From Vairimorpha necatrix (taxonomy: Eukaryota): a stretch of DNA of 64,000 bases. The stretch's first letter is position 1, and the number at the start of each line of letters is the position of its first letter. Location of the stretch: contig CP142731.1 of NCBI GenBank assembly GCA_036630325.1, positions 434,001-498,000 on the forward strand, given 5' to 3'. Positions 9,449-19,343 of this stretch are shown here, one piece after another. The notes beneath the pieces are model-generated. The model had not been told where the DNA came from. It searched no databases and saw only the letters and a list, made by a program, of their open reading frames with translations. A program made the translations under genes and the position numbers.

Positions 9449-11734
9449 ATGAACCATTTCATTAAAAAAGAAGGACACTTAAAAGATGGTGAAGTATACG
9501 ATAATAAAGTTAAAGATAATAGAAAAAATTCTTCGGGCTATAAAAAAAATAGTACTAAGAAATCAGATGATACTAATACTATATTTAATTTTGACGACGA
9601 ATTCGGAACAAGATTCAATTTTTCTTTCTCTAACAATATCGAACGCAATGAAGCTATCATTGACCCGAGAGATATTTTTACAGAAAATAATAATTCTAAA
9701 GATACTAATTTAAATCTTAATATTTTTAACGAAAAAAATCCTATGTTTGACCAAAAAAATATTTCACAGCCAGATTCGGATTATAAAAATCCGAATCAAT
9801 CTTCTGCTTTAGGATTTCAATATAATACTGATTATTATATTTTTCAAGATAATAATATTAATAGGGGTACTGTATCTAATAATAGGAGTACATTGAAAAG
9901 CGAGAATATAAACAAAAAACCAAGTGAATTTAATAGTAATTCATATATAAATAACAATCTTAATGGTAGTACTGTAAATAAAAAAGAATCAAGATCTGCA
10001 GATTTTAATAGCAGAAAAATCAATGAAGTGGCTGCGAAACGACCACAACATCCAAATCCACAAATGAATCAGAGGCATCAAAATTATTATAATGGAAATC
10101 CGCAAATGATGAACTATCCTCCACAATATCGCTCTCATATGCCAAACTCATTTGGTTATTCAAGAAACCAACCAAATTTTAGCAAATCAAATCCAAATAT
10201 GCCACCAGCTCCTTATAATCATCCAATGTTTTATAATCCTGCGCAAATGAAACAATATCCACAAAATACTATAGGAGTAAGATTTACTTCACATAGAATC
10301 AACCCTACTAATAACTCAGTCTTAAATTTGAATAGAATTTTTGTACCGCCTGTCAACAAAACTAAACCGTTAAAAAAAATAATAAAAAAAGTAATAAGAT
10401 TGATGGTTGACGGAAAATCATTACATGATTTCAGAACTATTAATATTAGCAGTAATTATAAAAATCCAAATATGGGACACAATGAGATGTCCTTTCTTGG
10501 TAACGTAAATGCATTTAATGAAAAGCACGGCATTATGAAAATTCCATATAAATATGGCACTGTTTTAAATTTTGTGTTCACTGAATTAAAAAAATTTAAT
10601 GGGTATTATAAAACTAGTCTGGTGACATGGAATCAATTGTCACAAGTTATAAAACATTTTAGTTGGATAAATCAGATTTATTTATTCCTTGTGTATCCTT
10701 TTGAACAATATGTTTTTGGAATAAAACAAGTTCGTGTTTATGAAGATAAAAAAATTCAAAAAAAATTTGAAGAAGATTTTTCAAGATTTACAACTACTGA
10801 TATAGACATTTGTTTGAGTAAAGGTAAAATTTCAGATATTCTGTTTTTAATGGAATCTATAGATCCTCATAAGATTAAGATAGAAGGAATTAGTATTTTG
10901 TTAAATTTTTTTGTAGATATAATTCATGTCAAATATAGTCAACTTTTTAAAGATAATCCATTTTTCTTACGTGAAAAGGAAGTTCCATACAATAAACTTG
11001 ATTTTGAAGGAGGTTCTCTGTTTGATAAAATCAGAAAAATATTTTTTATTAAATTAGAAGAAATTAATGAAGAAAAAAGTCTTATATTGTTAAAAAAGTG
11101 TATTTCTATTAGTGTAGCACATGGCGAAATGTGTAAAATGAAGTATCTGGGATTTAATATTGATCAAAATTTTTTAAATAAGATTTTTAATATTATGGTT
11201 ATATTGAAAAATAATAATATAATAGAAACTAACTTGATATTGGATTTTATTAGAGTTTGTAGCAAGACATATTTTTATGAGAATCATTTTATTAATAAGC
11301 TATGTTATAAGCTTTGCAAAACAGATCCAATTGCAACTCTTGAAATTTTGACCACTGTCAAGTTTAGTAAAAGACATAACAAGAAATTCTTGAAAGAACT
11401 TAGGAAATTTATCATTCCAAAAATAGAATATTTCAGTAAAGCGCTCTTTAATCATGATATGCTGGACGATAATAAGTTATTAGAAAATATTATAATTTCT
11501 TTTGCGTGTATAAAAAGCATGAAGAATATTTTTAAAGAAATCTTTAAAGGAATTCTTTTACACTATGAGTTTGTGTATACAAACAGATTGTACTATAAGA
11601 AGAAATCATCATCAGATCTATTCAAAATTATTCTGGTAATGGTCTCATATGATGATGTAAAAAGTTTTTTGTACTCTGACTCTGAGTTAATGAGAAAACT
11701 AAAAAATATTCCTGGAATAAGAGATTTAATTTAA
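9449..11734 (+). CDS. ARID/BRIGHT-domain protein with N/Q/P-rich low-complexity N-terminus (Swi1-like architecture)
   Basis: FLGNVNAFNEKHG..P...LNFVFTELKKFNGY...TWNQL...IYLFLVYPFEQY follows the ARID pattern; CCCC motif upstream of ATG. Confidence 0.65.
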   Translation: MNHFIKKEGHLKDGEVYDNKVKDNRKNSSGYKKNSTKKSDDTNTIFNFDDEFGTRFNFSFSNNIERNEAIIDPRDIFTENNNSKDTNLNLNIFNEKNPMFDQKNISQPDSDYKNPNQSSALGFQYNTDYYIFQDNNINRGTVSNNRSTLKSENINKKPSEFNSNSYINNNLNGSTVNKKESRSADFNSRKINEVAAKRPQHPNPQMNQRHQNYYNGNPQMMNYPPQYRSHMPNSFGYSRNQPNFSKSNPNMPPAPYNHPMFYNPAQMKQYPQNTIGVRFTSHRINPTNNSVLNLNRIFVPPVNKTKPLKKIIKKVIRLMVDGKSLHDFRTINISSNYKNPNMGHNEMSFLGNVNAFNEKHGIMKIPYKYGTVLNFVFTELKKFNGYYKTSLVTWNQLSQVIKHFSWINQIYLFLVYPFEQYVFGIKQVRVYEDKKIQKKFEEDFSRFTTTDIDICLSKGKISDILFLMESIDPHKIKIEGISILLNFFVDIIHVKYSQLFKDNPFFLREKEVPYNKLDFEGGSLFDKIRKIFFIKLEEINEEKSLILLKKCISISVAHGEMCKMKYLGFNIDQNFLNKIFNIMVILKNNNIIETNLILDFIRVCSKTYFYENHFINKLCYKLCKTDPIATLEILTTVKFSKRHNKKFLKELRKFIIPKIEYFSKALFNHDMLDDNKLLENIIISFACIKSMKNIFKEIFKGILLHYEFVYTNRLYYKKKSSSDLFKIILVMVSYDDVKSFLYSDSELMRKLKNIPGIRDLI

Positions 11735-13336
11735 AATTTTATTAAGATAAAACCTCCAATTATGTTATTATTAAATATTTATTCATCATTGACAATATTT
11801 AATTTTTATATTTTTGATCATTTATAATAATAGAATGATAATTAGGATTTTATATGGCTATTTAATTATATCATGAATTAATATTCTAATTTAATGCTAG
11901 TTTATAAGGCACATATTTGCATATGTTAATACGTCAGTGCAATTATTATATATAAAACTACCACCAAAAGATAATTGTTGTAAATATTTGAATGAAAGAA
12001 GTATCGCAGAAATCATGCACATGACATGAAAACTTAAAAAGTTTTTTTATTGGAATTGAAATCTAAATAGATACAATAATTTAAGAAACATATGCTTGTC
12101 AGGTCTTGTTTGCGCATTAGATAAAAACAATATAAGTTCTATTTAGTATGATTTATGCTAACACCAATGTCGAGTTAAATATGTATAAGATATTAAAGAC
12201 ATCATAATTCGACTCTAACTTATGAAAACTTAAAGTCTTGGAAGTATATTGACAATTCTCGCACTGTGATGTCACAAATTAATTAGGAAAATTTCTTCAT
12301 AAAACGTCGGTACCAATTATCAACTGAAAACGCTAAAAACGCTTTAGGTTTATATTGAGTAATGCAAATTAACAATAGAAATAGAAATAACTAAGAAAAT
12401 CTGATTATACTTTTATGTGATATGATCTAACTACAATACTTAATCTTTAAACCTTAAGTAGTAAAGACTGCGATAATAGGTTATATATATAATAACTTGT
12501 TGTTAGATCCAAATAAAAAACATGCGCAGTAGAATAGTTCTGTACAACGGGCAGTTTAGATTGTTCAAGAATTATAGTTCGAAGGTCGCTTATTGATCTT
12601 TTAGCTAAAGATTTTTGATTTATATTTCGAACTCATAAAAAAGCAATTATTACTTAATATTAGAAATCAAAATCACTAAAAGTATTTTATTTAAGTTTTT
12701 GGCGACTAAAATATATTTCTGCGTATAAAATAAAATCTCGAACTTTACTGTCAATCTACCAGAAGATATGATGACTATTAAATAACAAAAATTCAATTTT
12801 TTAATGAAACAGACAATCTTTGTTATGTTTATTAAGCAAATCATGCGTTTAATAAATTAACACGCCGGATTTTTTTTGATAAATAAAAAACACATAATAG
12901 AATTCAATGACCAAAAAAAATTCAATTTTAATTATACATTTAAGTATAAAAACAGAAGAATATTACCTGTTGCGTTACGATTTTCTCACAATATTATATA
13001 AATATTGTGTCTCTTTAAAGCTTTAAAATCAATTAAAGGTTTGTACTCAAGAGCTTTAATTACATACTATTAAACAAATTAAATTTTCCAAAGATTTCGT
13101 TCAACGATAATTTTATGTACTGATCGAATCATGTGATTTTTTGAATTTTGCATTATACAATATTACAAATATAGTTTTGTACGATTATATTTTTTTTGTA
13201 TAACTTCTATTGTTAGTGTGTAACAATAAAACTCATATTTCTAGAATTACATGAGGTTTATGAATCCCTTATAAAATATACAAGTTTCTAGCCATTATTT
13301 TTTCTGTTTCAAATATAAATGTCATCATATATTTTA

Positions 13337-15631
13337 TCATCTAGTTTTTTCTAACACCTTTAACAAATCGCTATTTAATGAAATACCAATTTCCCCGTTA
13401 ATAATTTCTAATATATCATCCGTAGACAATTTTAAAAGAATTTTCTCTAATTTTTCTCCACAGTCTATTTTTAAACTTTGTTTGTTTTGTAAGCTACTTT
13501 CAAAGAATGTAACGAGCTCCTTTGTCAAATCTTTTTTACAAATTTTTTGTACATTTTTTGTAATATTGATTCTCAAGATCTTATAAAATTTTTCTTTTAC
13601 TTCTTTTTTGTATTCATTTATCAAATCTTTATCAACAACATCAATCGTCTCTCTTAATTCATTGATGACTTTGTCATTTTTAAATATGTCTTCGATTTCT
13701 CTTACGCCCTCTTTTATTAATTCATTTTCGAATTTAGTACTTATATCATTGATATATAGTTTTTCCACTGATTTATTTAAAGCTTCCTTTTCAAATTTAC
13801 TCAATCGAAAAGAGAATATCATTTTATTTAATTTATGTAGTCTCTCTTTTACTTTGTTTTTAAAATTTTGTAGGTCTACTTTTTTAAATGTTTTTTCTTC
13901 GATTTTGATTTGTATATCCTTAATATCCTTTTCCAGGCGTTTCAATTCTTCTTTTTTTGCATCTTCTCGCGAATTTGTTGCCAATTTTTCTAGGATAATA
14001 TAATTATTTTGAGTAATTTCATCCTCATTAAATCCTAAAATAGTGAGAACTTCTTCTTTTAAAATGTAAAAACTATCATATAAAATTTCGCATGTGTTTT
14101 TTTTCATTCCTGTAACCAATGATGCTATATTAAATATATATTTCCAAATGCTCATCTTAAATTTTTCAATATGAACGAAATGATGCTTTAAAAATTCTTG
14201 ATAAATCCGAATCAAATCAAAAGTTTGATTTTTTGATGATGTTATAGATACATTTTCTGAGAATTTTTCATTATTGTTTTTTGATTTCATAAGAATTCCT
14301 ATTTTTTTCAAAGAACCAAAAAGTGATTCATCAATTATATCACTTTCATTTAAGTAAAATTCTGCTTCTAAAAATAAACATATTTTCATTATACAGATAC
14401 TCCATTTACATTCGGAATCCGATAGTTTTTTCTGTATTTTTTTTATAAGTCGTTTCCGTTTAGTTTCGTCTAGTTGCCCATGCTCTATAATTTTTTTTGA
14501 TTCACATTTTTCTATCAAACCTTGTTCTAACAACAGATGCACAAATATTATATTTAAAGAGCTTCCTGTTTTATTAAAAATCATATGTATAAGAAACTCT
14601 ACTTTTCCATCCCTCTCTAATAACCTGTAAAACAATTCGACGCCTTTGAGATTTTCGCGATCTTGATCAGATGCATAAATTTTTTTAAAAAAATTCAGAA
14701 ATGATGAACAACTATTATCTTTTAAAAGATAAAAATAAGGGTCGGAGCTGTGTGTAATGCATATTCTATCGTTTTCTATAATAATTTCGAATTTTGTATC
14801 TTTTAATTTTAGTGTATCAAAAGTACAAACTTCGAAATAAGAAAGGGTGCATATGTCAATATCATCAACATATGTAAACTTATACAAATCATGAAAATAC
14901 ATGCCAATTGTCTTGTCATATTCATTTTTATATTCCGTCTTTATCTCAACTAGCGGGAAAAGGTTTTCAACGCAAAGATCTTCAACATTTACATCGAAGA
15001 AATAGTAAATACTCTCTAAATTTATACAAAAACTTAAGTATCTCGCATCGTACTTCTTTATATATGTAATTGGTATAGCAGGATCAATACCCATGCAATT
15101 AAAATCAGGTCGGAAGAATTTTAACCGTGGGAACATTCTTTCACAAAGTACTCCTTGCTCAATTATATATTCATATATAATATCGTCACATTTCGTCAGA
15201 TTCTTCCTGCCTTTATTAATTTTTTTTAGTTGTTTAATTATTTTTCTGAAAATCTGGTTATACTTATAGTCCCATTGTATATATTTTAAGATTATATAGT
15301 CTGGCCGATGACTGTATTGGTTGTATAACCACAACAACTTGTCTTCAAAAGTTCTAATTATTGTTTCAATAGATTGATCAATCATGGTTATTTTGAGTCT
15401 TTTGTATACATCTTTGTATGTATAATCATAATTTTTCATTAACGTTATTATATTAAGTTCGTTATGACATTCATCGACTTCCAATATTACTCTCAGATAT
15501 CGTTTTTCTAAATTGATTGTAAGATAATCTTTAATTTTAATTTTATTTAAGAGCACGGAATTAAATAATTCAAATGCATACTTACTGGCTTGTACAAAAA
15601 AGAATGTGGAAATTATCTTTTTAATATCCAT
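13337..15631 (-). CDS. Lineage-specific hypothetical protein, predicted signal peptide and C-terminal coiled coil
   Basis: 764-aa ORF; MDIKKIISTFFFVQAS signal-like start; cccatATG; K/E-rich heptad region. Confidence 0.75.
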   Translation of the reverse strand: MDIKKIISTFFFVQASKYAFELFNSVLLNKIKIKDYLTINLEKRYLRVILEVDECHNELNIITLMKNYDYTYKDVYKRLKITMIDQSIETIIRTFEDKLLWLYNQYSHRPDYIILKYIQWDYKYNQIFRKIIKQLKKINKGRKNLTKCDDIIYEYIIEQGVLCERMFPRLKFFRPDFNCMGIDPAIPITYIKKYDARYLSFCINLESIYYFFDVNVEDLCVENLFPLVEIKTEYKNEYDKTIGMYFHDLYKFTYVDDIDICTLSYFEVCTFDTLKLKDTKFEIIIENDRICITHSSDPYFYLLKDNSCSSFLNFFKKIYASDQDRENLKGVELFYRLLERDGKVEFLIHMIFNKTGSSLNIIFVHLLLEQGLIEKCESKKIIEHGQLDETKRKRLIKKIQKKLSDSECKWSICIMKICLFLEAEFYLNESDIIDESLFGSLKKIGILMKSKNNNEKFSENVSITSSKNQTFDLIRIYQEFLKHHFVHIEKFKMSIWKYIFNIASLVTGMKKNTCEILYDSFYILKEEVLTILGFNEDEITQNNYIILEKLATNSREDAKKEELKRLEKDIKDIQIKIEEKTFKKVDLQNFKNKVKERLHKLNKMIFSFRLSKFEKEALNKSVEKLYINDISTKFENELIKEGVREIEDIFKNDKVINELRETIDVVDKDLINEYKKEVKEKFYKILRINITKNVQKICKKDLTKELVTFFESSLQNKQSLKIDCGEKLEKILLKLSTDDILEIINGEIGISLNSDLLKVLEKTR

Positions 15632-16860
15632 ATGGGACTAACAAAATATTATTTTAATCAAAAATATTGATTTTTATGTAAGGAATGACATTTTTACGAT
15701 TTATATATTTAAATACTTTGATGTTCCATACGCATGAAATTTACACTGTATTTTTAGTAGAGATCTTTAATAACATAAAATAAAATCTAATATATCATTT
15801 TTTTTGTTAGATGTTTGAAATTAATCTATATAAAAATAAAAGAATGTATAATTAAAAAGGTAATAATATTATACATGACAATTTACGTTTTTTAAATTCC
15901 ATGACGATTTTGGTCATGTTTGAATTTTTATCAAATGTTTTAGGTTTTCATAGTATGTCCTAGATTTAACATCATTAAATTTAACAACTCATAATGTAAA
16001 GTTACATTGCTAGAGAAACAAACTTCTCTTGTGTCTTTACAATACTTGAATAATGTATATATATGTATACTGGATTTTTGTAGAGTGTTATATTATAATT
16101 TTAATTCCTTATTGTTGTTTTTATTTATCGGCATACAATAATATAAGCTGCTTAATAAAATGTTCCATCTTATTAAAGCCATGTATTTTAAAATGTAATT
16201 CCACTATCGTATCTAATGAATTATTGTCTATTTTGTGATTTTCATATTAAAAGACTTAACCAACCCCCTCGTAATATGTATTTTTTTTAATTAAATTATA
16301 ATTCGTTGCTCCTATTTAAAAAATAAAAAAACTTGTAGAATTCCGCTTATATCTATTAAATCATAAAAATTTGTGCTTTTGATCTTTTATAGTTATAAAT
16401 TTATGTCTAAATAGTTTATGAGGCCCTTTCCAAACAAATCTTTTAACCAGGACATTTATATCTAGAATGCTGGTTTCAGATTTAAAAAAATATTCCTTTT
16501 AGAAAGACTCTCAAAACATCCCGCATGACTTCTTAGCCACACAAAATGCTGTTGATATTACTTATGCTCGTATTATATTTAGATTTCTATCGAACGTGTC
16601 TCTTTCTTCAATATATATCATATTATTTATTACCTACAAAACATCATCACAGTCTAAATAATTAAAACAGTTTCAAATTTATAAATTGAGGCATGTTTTT
16701 TATGAGAATACCACTTTTTCTAACTTTTCTATTAAAATTTTGGTGCGTTCAATCGATAATATACCGATTAAATAATCCTTATTTCATTCATATTAACAAA
16801 AACTATCGAACAAATTAATTTAGAAGAATTTCAAATTCTGTTACAACAATTAATTTTACT

Positions 16861-17648
16861 TTTTTTCTTGCAAGTAAGAGGTAGGGAGAAACCTTACATA
16901 GGGACAAGAGGGATTTGGGTGTGATCCTCTTCTCTCTGATACTGCGAGATTCTTACTCACTAAAACTACTTCCATACAACTTGTCGGCGCAGCAAGCTCC
17001 GCTGTATCCATTGGGCTTTGGCTCTAGGAGAACACTCCCCATTTATAGCTCAAATCGCGTCCAGAGTGACCTCACAGCGGATATACTTAACGGGCATGGT
17101 TATCTATAACCCGAGGAGAGACATCATCGTACTTTCTCATAGGTCCCTACAATCATCTGTATTGCACACACGGGGTCTTACACGACCACATCACCAGCCC
17201 GGCGGTTTTATTGGGCTGCTTTGACCGCCAGTCTCCCACTAGTTTCGTCCACCGTGTTACAGAATCTTGTAGGATAGGGTCCACGAGACCTTCTAATGCC
17301 CTACTCGTCTAGTCTCTTAGTTAGCTCTAGGATCCCACTCTAGAGTACACCAGCCATGGCCTCCAACTAGGCCGTACCCATTAGATACTTTTATGTATCA
17401 TTAAGTCACCAAAGGGTGATACTGTTTTATGGCTTTGAGGTGCGTTCCTACACTAGATGCTAATCCCCTTGTGGCTGAACACACACAAGTTTCATTGAAT
17501 CAACTTAATGATTATCGTGGACATTTTCATCATCTGAGTTCTTCTAACTGCATCATAGAAAGTAGAAACAATTTTGGTGCCCCTAGGAATCGAACCCAGC
17601 CATTGCTCAATGGAAGCATTGCATTCTACCACTAAGCTAAGGGCACCT
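16861..17648 (-). mobile_element. tRNA-derived SINE (~790 bp) with structured GC-rich body, R1-like tail motif and short A tail
   Basis: tRNA-like head at 17575-17647; A-rich 3' end; flanking direct repeats caattaattttact (16847-16860) and caaataatcttact (17649-17662) match at 12/14; GC clearly above the flanks. Confidence 0.7.
17575..17647 (-). tRNA. Degenerate tRNA-Gly(TCC)-like sequence (SINE head / Pol III promoter), probably not a functional tRNA
   Basis: A box TAGCTTAGTGG, B box GGTTCGATTCC, acceptor stem GGTGCCC/GGGCACC and T stem intact; anticodon arm around CT-TCC-AT does not pair canonically. Confidence 0.75.
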
Positions 17649-17689
17649 CAAATAATCTTACTGTTAGTAAATGATTTTTTAGTTGTAGT

Positions 17690-17930
17690 TATATATGATT
17701 TCCTACGTAATCACTTGGGATGGTATAGTGAAAAGGTTTCACAAATCTTATACCACAAGACTTGAAATCCCTAAGAAGGTAGAAGCGTACATCTAGATGA
17801 TCACGCTAAAGAAGACGCTAGAAAGCATTTCTCTGGACTACCAAAGGAGAGGAGACGAAGCCGATGCGAAAGAACTATGGAAGATAGAAGCTAACTACAA
17901 GCAGGAGACGTTAACGCGAAACTTAATATT
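17690..17930 (+). pseudogene. 3' fragment of an RLE-type (R4/Dong-like) non-LTR retrotransposon ORF
   Basis: Translates ISYVITWDGIVKRFHKSYTTRLEIPKKVEAYI*MITLKKTLESISLDYQRRG, homologous to the C-terminus of the 60.7-62 kb element. Confidence 0.75.
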
Positions 17931-18359
17931 GTTTGGCCAGAAAATAAAATACATCAAACGTAATCCTATTAAATTATTTTATTTAGTTGTAGTTATTCTT
18001 CGCAAACTACAATTAGAAAATCTTCACGCTTAATGTATGTATGGTAGTAACTTCTAATTTATTTTTACTTTTTAATATACATTTACTGTGTAAATATTTC
18101 AAAATTAAATTTTACGCATTTAAAAACTAAATTATCTGCGACTGAAAGATTTAATTGTTGGATGTCTGGTGTAGTTTATATAAAGTTGATTTTATGAGTT
18201 TTATCATTAATTAGTAGAATGTAAATACAATATATTATTATATGCTACGTTAAAAAATCGTAAAACCAATATCTTGGGTTTTTATATTTGTTTGTTTATG
18301 TTTCGTATTGACAACAAAGTGTTTCGTATCTCTATAAAAAAAACAACACATTGTAAACA

Positions 18360-19343
18360 ATGATTGAAGAAATATTTATAATTTTAAACAATGAAGTATT
18401 AATAGGGGACATCTCTTTGTATCCAAAAAATCCATTATATCCTACACACGTATGCAACAATAAACAGCTTACGCAGCTTAAATGCAATAATATTATATTA
18501 GCTATTTTATACAGCAATATTGATGTTTTTATCGTGAATTCATATCTGAATATTATAAAAAATAATTTAGAACAAAAAATTTGTATTTTGAATGCTAAAA
18601 ATATATCAGATAATTATTTTCTAGTTAGAGAAATAATATCCGAAAAAATGATATGCGAAAATAAAATTCAAAATAAACTCCCGACTTTATCGACTAATGA
18701 AATATTTATTGATGTTATCGAGACATATAATGGTGTCTTAGGTAAGAATTATAGTACGTGTCAAATTTATGGATATTGTTTTCTAAAACCAAGATTTAAC
18801 GAAGAAAATTTTTTAAAACTGATAATACAAAATAATAAAAATATAAATTTTCTATCAGATTATAAAATAACTGAAAGATTCAATAAATTAGAACTGGAAC
18901 TTGATGTGTATGATAAAGATATACAATGTTTAAAATATAAAACCTCCGGAAAATTACCATTTAAATTTGAACCAATTAAAGATGGATATGTATTAGAAAC
19001 AGAAGATATATTCTTTGATTTTCTTGAGGTTCATATTCCAATTTCTTCAAATAATTATAACATAAATGTCGAGACATCAAAAGGAGCTGCACAAATATCA
19101 GAAGAATGCGATGAACTCAGGTGGATATTTAAAAAACAAAAAATTGGGAAAGGGGTTTTAAAAGTTATAAGGAAAGATTTAAGTGATAAAAAATACCGAA
19201 ATATTTATTTTAAATTTAAAATATCGAGAACTAATATAAATATATTAAATATTGAAAAGGCTGTGTGTATTGATAACCAATATGTTAATATTTGGATTAG
19301 ATATGATGCCTGTAATTCTAAAATTGAATTTAGAGAGTATTAA
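18360..19343 (+). CDS. Adaptor protein complex mu subunit-like (mu homology domain), divergent
   Basis: NEIFIDVIE...QIYG, VETSKGAA...LRWIFK and C-terminal WIRY motifs of AP mu chains. Confidence 0.75.
   Translation: MIEEIFIILNNEVLIGDISLYPKNPLYPTHVCNNKQLTQLKCNNIILAILYSNIDVFIVNSYLNIIKNNLEQKICILNAKNISDNYFLVREIISEKMICENKIQNKLPTLSTNEIFIDVIETYNGVLGKNYSTCQIYGYCFLKPRFNEENFLKLIIQNNKNINFLSDYKITERFNKLELELDVYDKDIQCLKYKTSGKLPFKFEPIKDGYVLETEDIFFDFLEVHIPISSNNYNINVETSKGAAQISEECDELRWIFKKQKIGKGVLKVIRKDLSDKKYRNIYFKFKISRTNINILNIEKAVCIDNQYVNIWIRYDACNSKIEFREY

Noticed and set aside
17050-17320. Group I intron, hammerhead or RNase P/MRP cores (AGAGACTAGACG, GGACGAAAC, GAAGGTCT, CACACGGGG)
   Set aside because: Partner motifs (TAGTC for P7, CTGANGA, correctly spaced CR-V) were not found; the matches are short and isolated.
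17575-17647. Functional tRNA-Gly gene
   Set aside because: The anticodon arm cannot form a 5-bp stem with a 7-nt loop, and the context indicates a SINE head.
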